A DNA stretch of 10,551 nucleotides from a virus (IMGVR_UViG_2529292736_000008), one strand, 5' to 3'. Shown: positions 1 to 8,533, numbered from the stretch's first letter. Translations and numbers: made by a program. The notes: generated from the sequence alone by a model not told the origin.

Positions 1-636
1 TGACTGGCGGTATAACGGCAGATGGTCTGCATATTTTCCGGTGACAACATGGGCCAGAAGCCCCGCTCCGGCATAACTGCGTGCAATGGGTTTTGAAGGT
101 ACTGGTGCCTGCACGATATGGTCGCACCGGCAACAGGCCAGTTTCGGACGTTGTGTTTCGATAACCTTAAAGGCGCTGCTGATAAGCTCCAGTTGCTCTG
201 ACACATCACATCCCAGAGAACTGAGTTCACCACCACAGGCAGGACAGCATTCCTCTTCCGGCAGGATAACCCGGGTTTCACGGGGAAGTGAGGCCGGTAA
301 CGGTTTACGGGCTGAAGACTGGCGCAGGGCGGATGGCAGTACCGGGTCATATTGCTCACCCAGCGTTTCCGCCATTTCTTCCTGAAGTGCGCTGATTCGC
401 TCCTGTGCTTCCTGTATCTGCCGTTCGGTTTTTGCACGAAGTTTTTCTGAGCTTTTACCGAACTGCATACGTTGCAGTTTCGCAACCAGCGCCTTCAGCC
501 GGTTGATTTCGGAAGCATAAGCCGCCACCCGCTGTGAGAGCAGGCGGTTGTATTCAGCCATCTGGCGTATGGTGTCCTGTTGCGTCTGCAACAGTGCCCG
601 CAGGCGGGCGTTCTCATGAGCAAGTGAGGTGTCCAT
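1..636 (-). CDS. tnpC: IS66-family transposase TnpC, N-terminal 212 codons (continues beyond window start)
   Basis: Minus-strand ATG at 636..634; translation MDTSLAHENARLRALLQTQQ... with leucine-zipper-like region and CxxC...CxxC zinc-finger motif (PACGGEL...CCRCDH), typical of IS66 TnpC; frame open to position 1. Not in the ORF track because it has no stop within the window. Confidence 0.85.
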   Translation of the reverse strand, partial: MDTSLAHENARLRALLQTQQDTIRQMAEYNRLLSQRVAAYASEINRLKALVAKLQRMQFGKSSEKLRAKTERQIQEAQERISALQEEMAETLGEQYDPVLPSALRQSSARKPLPASLPRETRVILPEEECCPACGGELSSLGCDVSEQLELISSAFKVIETQRPKLACCRCDHIVQAPVPSKPIARSYAGAGLLAHVVTGKYADHLPLYRQS

Positions 637-655
637 ATCCTCACTTTACAACGGG

Positions 656-1003
656 TTATATGCGGATTCCAGCGCGTTCCGTTCGTTTCGGGTGCTTCCA
701 GTTGATACCTTCAAGAAGCATGGATAACTGAGCCGGAGTAAGGTGCACCTTGCCGTCACGGGTGACTGGCCAGACGAAGCGGCCCCGCTCCAGGCGTTTG
801 GTGAAGAGGCACAGTCCGTCACTGTCAGCCCACAACACTTTTATCTGGTCACCCCGGCGTCCGCGGAAGATGAACAGGTGTCCGGAGAACGGGTCATCCT
901 TCAGGACGTTCTGAACTTTTGATGCCAGGCCGTTAAAGCCATTTCGCATATCGGTGATACCTGCAACCAGCCAGATACGCGAACCTGCAGGGAGAGATAT
1001 CAT
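656..1003 (-). CDS. tnpB: IS66-family accessory protein TnpB (115 aa)
   Basis: 115-aa ORF of characteristic IS66 Orf2 size and sequence (WLVAGITDMRNGFNGLA...), start overlapping the tnpA stop. Confidence 0.9.
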   Translation of the reverse strand: MISLPAGSRIWLVAGITDMRNGFNGLASKVQNVLKDDPFSGHLFIFRGRRGDQIKVLWADSDGLCLFTKRLERGRFVWPVTRDGKVHLTPAQLSMLLEGINWKHPKRTERAGIRI

Positions 1004-1680
1004 CAGTGGCTGCTCCCTTTTATTTCGCGGATAAGTGTCTGTAATAACGCCGGCGTCAGTTTACCTTTAAGCCTGAGAGTTCCGGCCGGCAGAACCAGCT
1101 CACAACACAGACTGTCGGACGGTGTATTTATCTGCTCTGGTTCCTGTGCGGGGGCCGGGATTTTATTATCCGGCTCCGGCGTTAACGTCACGGGAAGCAG
1201 TGCCGGCATATTTTTTCCGGAAGGCAGCAGGCCACCTTTCCGGTATTGATGGCGCCAGTTGAAGAGCTGGTTATCGTTGATTCCGTTTTCCCGGGCGATC
1301 TGCGCCACACAGGCTCCGGGCTGCAGTGACTGCTCCACTAAGGCGATTTTAAACTCATAAGGGAAGTTGGGCCGCCGGGGACGTTTTTTTACCACGGGGG
1401 CTTCGGATATAACGGTGCTTTCAGGACGTACGACTGGTACCGTGGAAAATTGTCCGTAAAGGCAGGCATCAAGTTCCTGCTCCGACATGCCTGCGGGCAA
1501 AGGCCACGAAAGGCCAGCTCTCCGAAAGCGCACGAACATACTACAAACTGTTGATTTTGGTACACCCAGGCGACGCCCGGCCACAACCCGGGGTAAATGT
1601 TCTTCAAAGTGAAGACGTAAAGCTTCAGTGATCCAGGTCCGGTGTTTCATACGATAGTGTCCATTAAAAATGATGGACAT
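1003..1680 (-). CDS. tnpA: IS66-family TnpA (Orf1), 225-aa ORF; true start may be an internal Met (e.g. 1488)
   Basis: C-terminal half carries the IS66 Orf1 HTH-like motif ([52 protein letters not shown]). N-terminal ~64 aa is an extra HTH-like extension ([19 protein letters not shown]). Confidence 0.75.
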   Translation of the reverse strand: MSIIFNGHYRMKHRTWITEALRLHFEEHLPRVVAGRRLGVPKSTVCSMFVRFRRAGLSWPLPAGMSEQELDACLYGQFSTVPVVRPESTVISEAPVVKKRPRRPNFPYEFKIALVEQSLQPGACVAQIARENGINDNQLFNWRHQYRKGGLLPSGKNMPALLPVTLTPEPDNKIPAPAQEPEQINTPSDSLCCELVLPAGTLRLKGKLTPALLQTLIREIKGSSH

Positions 1681-1710
1681 TATTTTTGTAGAGCCGGAGG
1701 AAACAGACCA

Positions 1711-2505
1711 GACGGTTTAAATGAGCCGGTTACTGCCGGTATTGAGAACACCCCTGACGGCATGCAGAGTCAGGTGCTGCTGGCGGCGGACAGGATTGCG
1801 ATGGTTAATCCTGCGAATGGCAACACAAAACCGATGTTTGTTGGTCAGGGCGATCAGATATTCATGAACGACGTGTTCCTGAAACGCCTGACGGCCCCCA
1901 CCATTACCAGCGGTGGAAATCCACCGGCATTTTCCCTGACTCCGGACGGAAAGCTGACCGCTAAAAATGCGGATATCAGTGGCAGTGTGAATGCGAACGC
2001 CGGGACGCTCAACAATGTCACGGTAAATGAAAACTGTACGATTAAGGGCATGCTGGAGGCGACTCAGGTCAGAGGTGACTTCGTTAAAGCTGTATCCAAA
2101 TCATTCCCGAAACAGGCTGGTACGTGGGGTAACACGGAAACACCAAACGGGACGGTTACAGTCACCATAAGCGATGATCATAACTTTGACCGTCAAATCA
2201 TTATTCCGCCCATTATCTTTAACGGAATAGCGTATAGCGATCCGGGAAGTGGTAATAACCCGGGAGGTACAAGATACACGGGTTATGGTTTTGAAGTTCG
2301 CAAAAACGGTGTATTAATCGCATCCAGAGAAACTAAAGGGGCTATTCCCGGTAGCTACAGTGCGGTTATTGATATGCCGAGTGGCAGGGGAAGCGTCACT
2401 CTGGAGTTTAAGGTTTTCCATAAAGGCAATCAGTGGGCAGGTAATATCACCGACTGTACGGTGATTGTGACCAAAAAAGCCGCTTCCGGCATCAGTATTC
2501 GTTGA
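1711..2505 (+). pseudogene. J: Tail tip host-specificity protein J, C-terminal fragment (5' part removed by IS66-family insertion)
   Basis: Translation ...[81 protein letters not shown]... matches the recalled C-terminus of lambda gpJ. No J-like N-terminus; in-frame stop at 1618..1620 and IS sequence upstream. Start coordinate approximate. Confidence 0.8.
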
Positions 2506-2523
2506 AATTGTTATAACCCATAT

Positions 2524-2550
2524 AAGGGCACCAGAAATGGTGCCTTTTTT
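2524..2550 (+). terminator. Rho-independent terminator between J and lom
   Basis: Stem GGCACC (2527..2532), loop AGAAAT, stem GGTGCC (2539..2544), followed by TTTTTT (2545..2550). Confidence 0.6.
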
Positions 2551-2574
2551 ATTGCAGAAAAGCGAGAGGTAATT

Positions 2575-3175
2575 ATGCGTAAACTTTATGCCGCCATTTT
2601 GTCCGCAGCCATTTGTCTGGCCGTATCCGGTGCGCCTGCATGGGCATCTGAACATCAGTCCACGCTGAGCGCGGGGTATCTTCATGCCTTGACGAACGTT
2701 CCCGGCAGCGATGATCTTAACGGGATTAACGTGAAATACCGTTATGAGTTTACGGACACACTGGGGCTGGTGACGTCATTCAGCTATGCAGGAGACAAGA
2801 ATCGCCAGCTTACCCGTTACAGCGATACCCGCTGGCATGAAGATTCAGTGCGTAACCGCTGGTTCAGCGTGATGGCGGGGCCGTCTGTGCGCGTGAATGA
2901 ATGGTTCAGCGCGTATGCGATGGCGGGTATGGCTTACAGCCGTGTTTCGACTTTCTCCGGGGATTATCTCCGCGTAACTGACAACAAGGGGAAAACGCAC
3001 GACGTGCTGACCGGAAGTGATGACGGTCGCCACAGCAACACGTCTCTGGCGTGGGGGGGCTGGCGTGCAGTTTAACCCGACCGAATCCGTGGCCATTGAT
3101 ATTGCTTATGAAGGCTCCGGCAGTGGTGACTGGCGCACTGACGGTTTCATCGTGGGTGTCGGTTATAAATTCTGA
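2575..3175 (+). CDS. lom: Lom outer-membrane protein (Ail/Lom family); reading frame broken by a +1 frameshift in a G7 run (3053..3059). As written the ORF stops at 3075 (166 aa); the remaining 38 codons continue in the next frame to TGA at 3173..3175.
   Basis: N-terminal 160 aa match recalled lambda Lom ([37 protein letters not shown]...). After the G-run the +1 frame reads [38 protein letters not shown], the Lom C-terminus. RBS GAGAGG 5 nt upstream of ATG. Confidence 0.85.
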
Positions 3176-3200
3176 TTAGCCAGGTAACACAGTGTTATGA

Positions 3201-3229
3201 CAGCCCGCCGGTTCAGGCGGGCTTTTTGT
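3201..3229 (+). terminator. Rho-independent terminator downstream of lom
   Basis: Stem AGCCCGCC (3202..3209), loop GGTTCA, stem GGCGGGCT (3216..3223), then TTTTTGT. It overlaps the ATG at 3197 offered by the ORF track, so that start is rejected. Confidence 0.65.
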
Positions 3230-3238
3230 GGGGTGAAT

Positions 3239-6200
3239 ATGGCAGTAAAGATTTCAGGTGTACTGAAAGACGGCACAGGAAAACCGGTACAGAACTGCAC
3301 AATCCAGCTGAAAGCAAAACGTAACAGCACCACGGTGGTGGTGAACACGCTGGCCTCAGAAAATCCGGATGAAGCCGGGCGTTACAGCATGGACGTTGAG
3401 TACGGTCAGTACAGCGTTATTCTGTTGGTGGAAGGCTTCCCGCCGTCACATGCCGGGACCATCACCGTGTATGAAGATTCCCGACCCGGTACGCTGAATG
3501 ATTTTCTCGGTGCCATGACGGAGGATGATGCCCGTCCGGAGGCACTGCGCCGTTTTGAACTGATGGTGGAAGAGGTGGCGCGTAACGCGTCCGCAGTGGC
3601 ACAGAACACGGCAGCCGCGAAGAAGTCAGCCAGTGATGCCAGCACATCTGCCCGTGAGGCGGCAACCCATGCAACCGATGCTGCAGGCTCAGCACGTGCC
3701 GCCAGCACGTCAGCCGGACAGGCTGCATCATCTGCTCAGTCAGCATCTTCCAGCGCAGGAACGGCATCAACAAAGGCCAGTGAAGCATCGAAAAGTGCTG
3801 CTGCTGCAGAGTCCTCAAAAAGCGCGGCAGCTACCAGTGCCAGTGCCGCGAAAACGTCAGAAACGAATGCGGCAGCGTCACAAAAATCTGCAGCCACTTC
3901 TGCATCCGCCGCGACCACGAAGGCGTCAGAAGCTGCCACCTCAGCCCGGGATGCGGCGGCCTCAAAAGAGGCAGCGAAATCATCAGAAACGAACGCATCA
4001 TCAAGCGCCAGTAGTGCAGCTTCCTCGGCAACGGCGGCAGGAAATTCCGCGAAGGCGGCAAAGACGTCTGAGACAAACGCTAAGTCTTCTGAGACGGCAG
4101 CGGAACAGAGTGCCTCCGCAGCAGCAGACTCAAAAACAGCGGCTGCATCATCTGCCAGCGCCGCGTCAACAAGTGCCGGGCAGGCCTCAGCCAGTGCCAC
4201 CGCCGCCGGAAAGTCGGCAGAAAGTGCCGCATCGTCTGCTTCAACAGCCACAACGAAGGCTGGCGAAGCCACTGAACAGGCCAGCGCAGCAGCGAGTTCT
4301 GCTTCCGCAGCGAAGACATCCGAAACGAACGCGAAAGCGTCGGAAACCCGTGCAGAATCCTCAAAAACGGCTGCCGCATCGTCAGCCAGTTCGGCGGCGT
4401 CATCGGCATCATCTGCGTCTGCTTCAAAAGATGAGGCGACCAGACAAGCGTCAGCAGCGAAGAGCAGCGCCACGACGGCATCCACGAAGGCGACAGAGGC
4501 AGCTGGCAGTGCGACGGCGGCAGCACAGAGCAAAAGTACGGCGGAATCCGCGGCAACGCGCGCCGAGACAGCGGCAAAACGGGCAGAGGATATTGCATCC
4601 GCCGTGGCGCTTGAGGATGCGAGCACGACGAAAAAGGGGGTAGTACAGCTCAGCAGTGCGACCAACAGTACGTCTGAAACGCTGGCGGCAACGCCAAAGG
4701 CAGTAAAATCAGCCTATGACAATGCAGAGAAACGTCTGCAGAAAGACCAGAACGGCGCTGATATACCCGATAAGGGACACTTCCTGAACAACATTAACGC
4801 GGTCAGTAAAACAGACTTTGCTGATAAGCGCGGTATGCGTTATGTGCGGGTTAATGCTCCTGCAGGTGCAACATCTGGAAAATATTACCCTGTTGTTGTT
4901 ATGCGTTCTGCTGGCTCAGTAAGCGAACTGGCATCAAGGGTCATTATCACCACGGCAACGCGAACCGCAGGCGATCCGATGAATAACTGCGAGTTTAACG
5001 GATTTGTTATGCCTGGTGGCTGGACTGACAGGGGGCGTTATGCTTATGGCATGTTCTGGCAATATCAAAACAATGAACGAGCCATCCACTCAATAATGAT
5101 GAGTAATAAGGGCGATGATTTGCGCTCTGTGTTCTATGTTGATGGCGCTGCTTTCCCTGTTTTTGCGTTTATCGAAGATGGCCTGTCAATATCCGCACCT
5201 GGTGCTGATCTCGTTGTTAATGATACGACCTATAAGTTTGGGGCAACAAATCCGGCGACTGAATGTATCGCGGCGGACGTTGTCCTTGATTTTAAGAGTG
5301 GGCGTGGTTTTTATGAGTCTCATTCGTTAATCGTTAACGATAACTTGTCGTGCAAAAAACTTTTTGCCACAGACGAAATTGTAGCGCGTGGTGGTAATCA
5401 GATTCGAATGATAGGTGGGGAGTATGGTGCATTATGGCGTAATGATGGCGCTAAAACTTACCTGCTGCTTACCAATCAAGGTGATGTTTATGGTGGCTGG
5501 AATACATTAAGACCGTTTGCTATTGATAACGCAACCGGCGAACTGATTATTGGAACCAAACTGTCCGCAAGTCTGAACGGTAATGCATTAACAGCAACAA
5601 AGCTGCAAACGCCAAGACTGGTTTCTGGTGTTGAGTTTGATGGTTCCAAAGATATTACTTTAACCGCTGCGCATGTGGCTGCTTTTGCCAGAAGGGCAAC
5701 TGATACATATGCCGATGCGGATGGTGGCGTTCCCTGGAATGCCGAATCAGGCGCTTACAATGTCACCCGCTCTGGCGACAGCTATATTCTGGTTAACTTC
5801 TATACCGGAGTCGGAAGTTGCCGGACCCTGCAGATGAAGGCGCATTACAGAAATGGAGGTCTGTTCTACCGTTCCTCAAGAGATGGCTATGGTTTTGAGG
5901 AAGACTGGGCAGAAGTTTATACCTCGAAAAATCTTCCACCAGAAAGCTACCCAGTCGGCGCACCAATCCCGTGGCCATCAGATACCGTTCCGTCTGGCTA
6001 TGCCCTGATGCAGGGGCAGACTTTTGACAAATCTGCATACCCGAAACTTGCAGTGGCTTATCCGTCAGGCGTTATTCCTGATATGCGTGGCTGGACGATT
6101 AAGGGCAAACCTGCCAGTGGTCGTGCCGTATTGTCTCAGGAACAGGACGGCATTAAATCGCACACCCACAGCGCCAGCGCATCCAGTACGGATTTGGGTA

Positions 6201-6505
6201 CGAAAACCACATCGTCGTTTGATTACGGCACTAAATCCACGAATAACACCGGGGCTCATACGCATAGTCTGAGCGGCTCTACAAGCTCGGCTGGAGCACA
6301 CTCGCACGTTGATGGGCGCAGGTTTAATACAAGCACTTTTAAAGACACCTATCAGTATGGTTCTACAGCTGTCGGAAGTAACTCATACCAGGTACAAGGG
6401 GCGGTTGGTCTGGGCGTTGGTACGATGGCGAATACGAACTCTGCTGGCGCGCACACCCACTCACTGTCCGGCACTGCTGCAAGCGCAGGCGCACACGCAC
6501 ATTGA
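3239..6505 (+). CDS. stf: Side tail fibre protein Stf, 5' portion (1088 codons), truncated by IS629; stop codon TGA (6503..6505) is supplied by the IS629 terminus
   Basis: Starts [26 protein letters not shown]..., the conserved lambda Stf N-terminus (recalled). Long Ala/Ser/Thr-rich shaft, a central lower-GC module, then lambda-like C-terminal region GAPIPWPSD...GAHTHSLSG...AGAHAH. Confidence 0.85.
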   Translation: MAVKISGVLKDGTGKPVQNCTIQLKAKRNSTTVVVNTLASENPDEAGRYSMDVEYGQYSVILLVEGFPPSHAGTITVYEDSRPGTLNDFLGAMTEDDARPEALRRFELMVEEVARNASAVAQNTAAAKKSASDASTSAREAATHATDAAGSARAASTSAGQAASSAQSASSSAGTASTKASEASKSAAAAESSKSAAATSASAAKTSETNAAASQKSAATSASAATTKASEAATSARDAAASKEAAKSSETNASSSASSAASSATAAGNSAKAAKTSETNAKSSETAAEQSASAAADSKTAAASSASAASTSAGQASASATAAGKSAESAASSASTATTKAGEATEQASAAASSASAAKTSETNAKASETRAESSKTAAASSASSAASSASSASASKDEATRQASAAKSSATTASTKATEAAGSATAAAQSKSTAESAATRAETAAKRAEDIASAVALEDASTTKKGVVQLSSATNSTSETLAATPKAVKSAYDNAEKRLQKDQNGADIPDKGHFLNNINAVSKTDFADKRGMRYVRVNAPAGATSGKYYPVVVMRSAGSVSELASRVIITTATRTAGDPMNNCEFNGFVMPGGWTDRGRYAYGMFWQYQNNERAIHSIMMSNKGDDLRSVFYVDGAAFPVFAFIEDGLSISAPGADLVVNDTTYKFGATNPATECIAADVVLDFKSGRGFYESHSLIVNDNLSCKKLFATDEIVARGGNQIRMIGGEYGALWRNDGAKTYLLLTNQGDVYGGWNTLRPFAIDNATGELIIGTKLSASLNGNALTATKLQTPRLVSGVEFDGSKDITLTAAHVAAFARRATDTYADADGGVPWNAESGAYNVTRSGDSYILVNFYTGVGSCRTLQMKAHYRNGGLFYRSSRDGYGFEEDWAEVYTSKNLPPESYPVGAPIPWPSDTVPSGYALMQGQTFDKSAYPKLAVAYPSGVIPDMRGWTIKGKPASGRAVLSQEQDGIKSHTHSASASSTDLGTKTTSSFDYGTKSTNNTGAHTHSLSGSTSSAGAHSHVDGRRFNTSTFKDTYQYGSTAVGSNSYQVQGAVGLGVGTMANTNSAGAHTHSLSGTAASAGAHAH
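3590..4640 (+). repeat. Degenerate in-frame coding repeats (Ala/Ser/Thr-rich fibre shaft) inside stf
   Basis: Recurring units such as AAKTSETNA(K/A)...SAA(A/T)SAS at DNA ~3841, ~4050 and ~4310; GC-rich GCN/TCN codon runs. This composition explains the long spurious ORFs on other frames and strands. Confidence 0.5.
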
Positions 6506-6527
6506 ACCGCCCCGGGTTTCCTGGAGA
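6503..6527. repeat. IS629 terminal inverted repeat (stf-proximal end)
   Basis: TGAACCGCCCCGGGTTTCCTGGAGA; reverse complement of 7787..7811 is TGAACCGCCCCGGGAATCCTGGAGA. Confidence 0.85.
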
Positions 6528-6544
6528 GTGTTTTATCTGTGAAC

Positions 6545-7431
6545 TCAGGCTGCCAGATCATCGTTTCCGATGGAAGCATAATAAGCTTTTTCTGCTTCTG
6601 CCGGTGGGATATGGCCCAGCCTTTCCAGCAATCGTCGATTGTTATACCAGTCCACCCACGTGAGTGTGGCCAGCTCCACTTCTGTCCGGTTTTTCCAGCT
6701 CTTACGGTGTATTACCTCCGCTTTGTAAAGGCCATTGATGCTCTCCGCCATCGCGTTGTCATACGAGTCACCAGTACTTCCTGTTGATGCCAGTAATCCG
6801 GCTTCCTTAAGCCGCTGTGTGTAGGCCAGCGATACATACTGAGAACCTTTATCACTGTGATGGACTGTGCCGGACGGTCGACGGGCCCATAACGCCTGCT
6901 CCAGAGCATCCAGCACGAATGTCGTTTCCATAGACGATGAGACCCGCCACCCCACGATGTATCCGGCAAACACATCAATGATGAACGCCACATAGACGAC
7001 CCCCTGCCATGTGCTGACGTAAGTAAAATCAGCCACCCACAACTGGTCAGGACGTTCTGCCACAAACTGACGGTTTACGCGGTCGCCTGCGGCAACGGCT
7101 TTCCGGCTGACGGTAGTGCGGACCTTTTTACCCCGGAGAACACCGGCAAGTCCCATAACCGCCATGAGGCGCGCCACTGTACATCTGGCTACCCTGATTC
7201 CTTCCCGTAACAACTGACGCCAGACTTTACGCACACCGTATACCTGATGATTCCCATCGTATACGCGCAGTATCTCTTTCTTCAGCCAGTCATCGCGCTG
7301 CGCACGGGCACTGCGTTTATCAGGATGATGTCGCTGTTGCTGACAGTGTAATACGTTGACGGGGCAATATGTAGTTCACTGCATACCGGTCCGACCCCGT
7401 ACAGCTTACGCAGCTTATCCAGCAGTGGCAT
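6545..7431 (-). pseudogene. IS629 transposase OrfB (DDE integrase domain), frameshifted near 7345..7352; longest intact ORF is 6545..7234 (229 aa from GTG)
   Basis: ATG at 7431..7429 opens [28 protein letters not shown], which then runs into a stop. The following frame continues HCQQQRHHPDKRSARAQRDDWLKKEILRVYDGNHQVYGV-RKVWRQLL... through the DDE catalytic region (LWVADFTYV...HHSDKGSQY...YDNAMAES). The two halves are in different frames. Confidence 0.8.
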
Positions 7432-7757
7432 CACTTTTTCCAGAGGCGGTCGAACTCCGCCTTCGCAAAATAAGCGGAAGCCTGGCGAAGGATATCGTTA
7501 CTGCGGCGCAGTTCACGATTTTCACGTTCCAGCTCTTTCAGACGCTGACGTTCAGCGGTGGTGAGCCCGCCATCACCGCCTCCGGTATCCCGCTCATGCT
7601 GGCGTACCCAGACACGCAGAGTCTCCGGTGTACAGTCAATCTTTGGGGCAATGGAACAAATTGCCGCCCACTGTGAGTCATATTCGCCCTGACTTTCCAG
7701 AACCATACGAATCGCCCTCTGACGGACTTCGGGGGAAAAACGAGTATTTTTAGTCAT
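7431..7757 (-). CDS. IS629 transposase OrfA (108 aa, HTH)
   Basis: [30 protein letters not shown]..., IS3-family OrfA with C-terminal leucine-zipper-like region; stop TGA overlaps the orfB ATG (TGATG). Confidence 0.9.
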   Translation of the reverse strand: MTKNTRFSPEVRQRAIRMVLESQGEYDSQWAAICSIAPKIDCTPETLRVWVRQHERDTGGGDGGLTTAERQRLKELERENRELRRSNDILRQASAYFAKAEFDRLWKK

Positions 7758-7786
7758 CCTGTTTACCTCTTTCTCAGGGAGTTTAG

Positions 7787-7811
7787 TCTCCAGGATTCCC
7801 GGGGCGGTTCA
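7787..7811. repeat. IS629 terminal inverted repeat (tfa-proximal end)
   Basis: See 6503..6527; 23/25 identity in inverted orientation. Confidence 0.85.
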
Positions 7812-7949
7812 CATACTGTCGGTATTGGTGCACACACGCACTCCGTTGCGATTGGTTCACATGGACACACCATCACCGTTAACGCTGCTGGTAACGCGGA
7901 AAACACCGTCAAAAACATTGCATTTAACTATATTGTGAGGCTTGCATAA
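7812..7949 (+). pseudogene. stf: stf 3' remnant (last 45 codons of side tail fibre gene, separated from the body by IS629)
   Basis: Reads (H)[44 protein letters not shown], matching the recalled lambda Stf C-terminus; stop TAA overlaps the tfa ATG (TAATG). Confidence 0.85.
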
Positions 7950-8533
7950 TGGCATTCAGAATGAGTGAACAAGCACGGACCATAAAAATTTATAATCTGC
8001 TGGCCGGAACTAATGAATTTATTGGTGAAGGTGACGCATATATTCCGCCTCATACAGGTCTGCCAGCAAACAGTACCGATATTGCACCACCAGATATTCC
8101 TGCTGGCTTTGTGGCTGTTTTCAACAGTGATGAGGCATCGTGGCATCTCGTTGAAGACCATCGGGGAAAAACGGTTTATGACGTAGCGTCAGGGGACGAG
8201 TTATTTATTTCTGAACTCGGTCCGTTACCGGAAAATGTTACCTGGTTATCGCCGGAAGGGGAGTTTCAGAAGTGGAACGGCACAGCCTGGGTGAAGGATA
8301 CGGAAGCAGAAAAAATGTTCCGGATCCGGGAGGCGGAAGAAACAAAAAACAACCTGATGCAGGTAGCCAGTGAGCATATTGCGCCGCTTCAGGATGCTGC
8401 AGATCTGGAAATTGCAACGGAGGAAGAAACCTCATTGCTGGAAGCCTGGAAAAAGTATCGGGTGTTGCTGAACCGTGTTGATACATCAACTGCACCTGAT
8501 ATTGAGTGGCCTACGAACCCTGTCAGGGAGTAA
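7949..8533 (+). CDS. tfa: Tail fibre assembly protein Tfa (194 aa), intact
   Basis: [54 protein letters not shown]...[13 protein letters not shown]; near-identical in length and sequence to recalled lambda Tfa; coupled to the stf stop. Confidence 0.9.
   Translation: MAFRMSEQARTIKIYNLLAGTNEFIGEGDAYIPPHTGLPANSTDIAPPDIPAGFVAVFNSDEASWHLVEDHRGKTVYDVASGDELFISELGPLPENVTWLSPEGEFQKWNGTAWVKDTEAEKMFRIREAEETKNNLMQVASEHIAPLQDAADLEIATEEETSLLEAWKKYRVLLNRVDTSTAPDIEWPTNPVRE

Larger units (their letters stand above)
1..1700 (-). mobile_element. IS66-family insertion sequence (ISEc8/IS679-like), partial; tnpA-tnpB-tnpC on minus strand, continues past left edge. Right boundary approximate (+/-40 bp).
   Basis: Three co-oriented minus-strand ORFs with the IS66 organisation: tnpA stop overlaps tnpB start (TGATG at 1001..1005), tnpC starts 19 nt after tnpB. 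The J reading frame is only open from 1621 onward, so the junction lies near 1680-1740. Terminal inverted repeat not identified. Confidence 0.75.
6503..7811 (-). mobile_element. IS629 (IS3 family), 1309 bp, inserted in stf; flanked by 3-bp target site duplication CAT (6500..6502 and 7812..7814)
   Basis: Terminal inverted repeats TGAACCGCCCCGGG...(6503..6527) and ...CCCGGGGCGGTTCA (7787..7811), 23/25 matching, IS3-type TG...CA ends. orfA/orfB organisation on the minus strand. Removing the element and one CAT copy restores an in-frame stf. Confidence 0.9.

Noticed and set aside
86-731. Plus-strand ORFs 86..385 and 534..731
   Set aside because: They are antisense to the well-supported IS66-family tnpC reading frame and have no recognisable features.
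1389-1607. Minus-strand 72-aa ORF inside tnpA
   Set aside because: Alternative frame nested within the tnpA coding region; no support.
1642-1710. GTG start at 1642 for the J-like ORF (287 aa)
   Set aside because: The first ~20 codons ([16 protein letters not shown]...) read across the tnpA start and IS end and are not J-like; the ORF is a 5'-truncated gene fragment, not a gene with its own start.
3197-3238. Upstream ATG (3197) as the stf start, as given in the ORF track
   Set aside because: The extra 14 codons overlap the lom terminator hairpin (3201..3229); the conserved MAVKISG start at 3239 has GGGGTG upstream.
1854-3348. Antisense ORFs 1854..2051-, 2314..2685-, 2845..3096-, 3163..3348-
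   Set aside because: They overlap J, lom or the terminator on the opposite strand, where the sense-strand translations have clear homology.
3406-4665. Long ORFs on other frames and the opposite strand within the stf shaft (3406..3708-, 3462..3818-, 3633..4643+, 3736..4665-, 3831..4076-, 4080..4598-)
   Set aside because: They lie entirely inside the GC-rich, low-complexity Ala/Ser-coding repeats of stf, give Arg/Pro/Gln- or Ala-rich low-complexity products and have no independent start context; they are frame artefacts.
5115-6579. Short ORFs within the stf distal region on other frames (5115..5330+, 5793..6038-, 6024..6272+, 6065..6307-, 6309..6542+, 6352..6579-)
   Set aside because: Nested in the continuous, homology-supported stf reading frame; no independent signals.
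7424-7440. GGAAAAAG at the orfA/orfB junction of IS629 as a classical A-AAA-AAG -1 frameshift heptamer
   Set aside because: Only five A residues are present (TGGAAAAAGTGATG), so it is not a canonical slippery heptamer; the orfB ATG overlapping the orfA stop (TGATG) suggests coupling instead. Left unresolved.
6539-7676. ORFs 6539..6787+, 6712..7065- and 7356..7676+ inside IS629
   Set aside because: Antisense or off-frame relative to the transposase genes of a well-defined IS element.
7928-8495. Minus-strand ORFs 7928..8161 and 8238..8495
   Set aside because: Antisense to the intact, homology-supported tfa.
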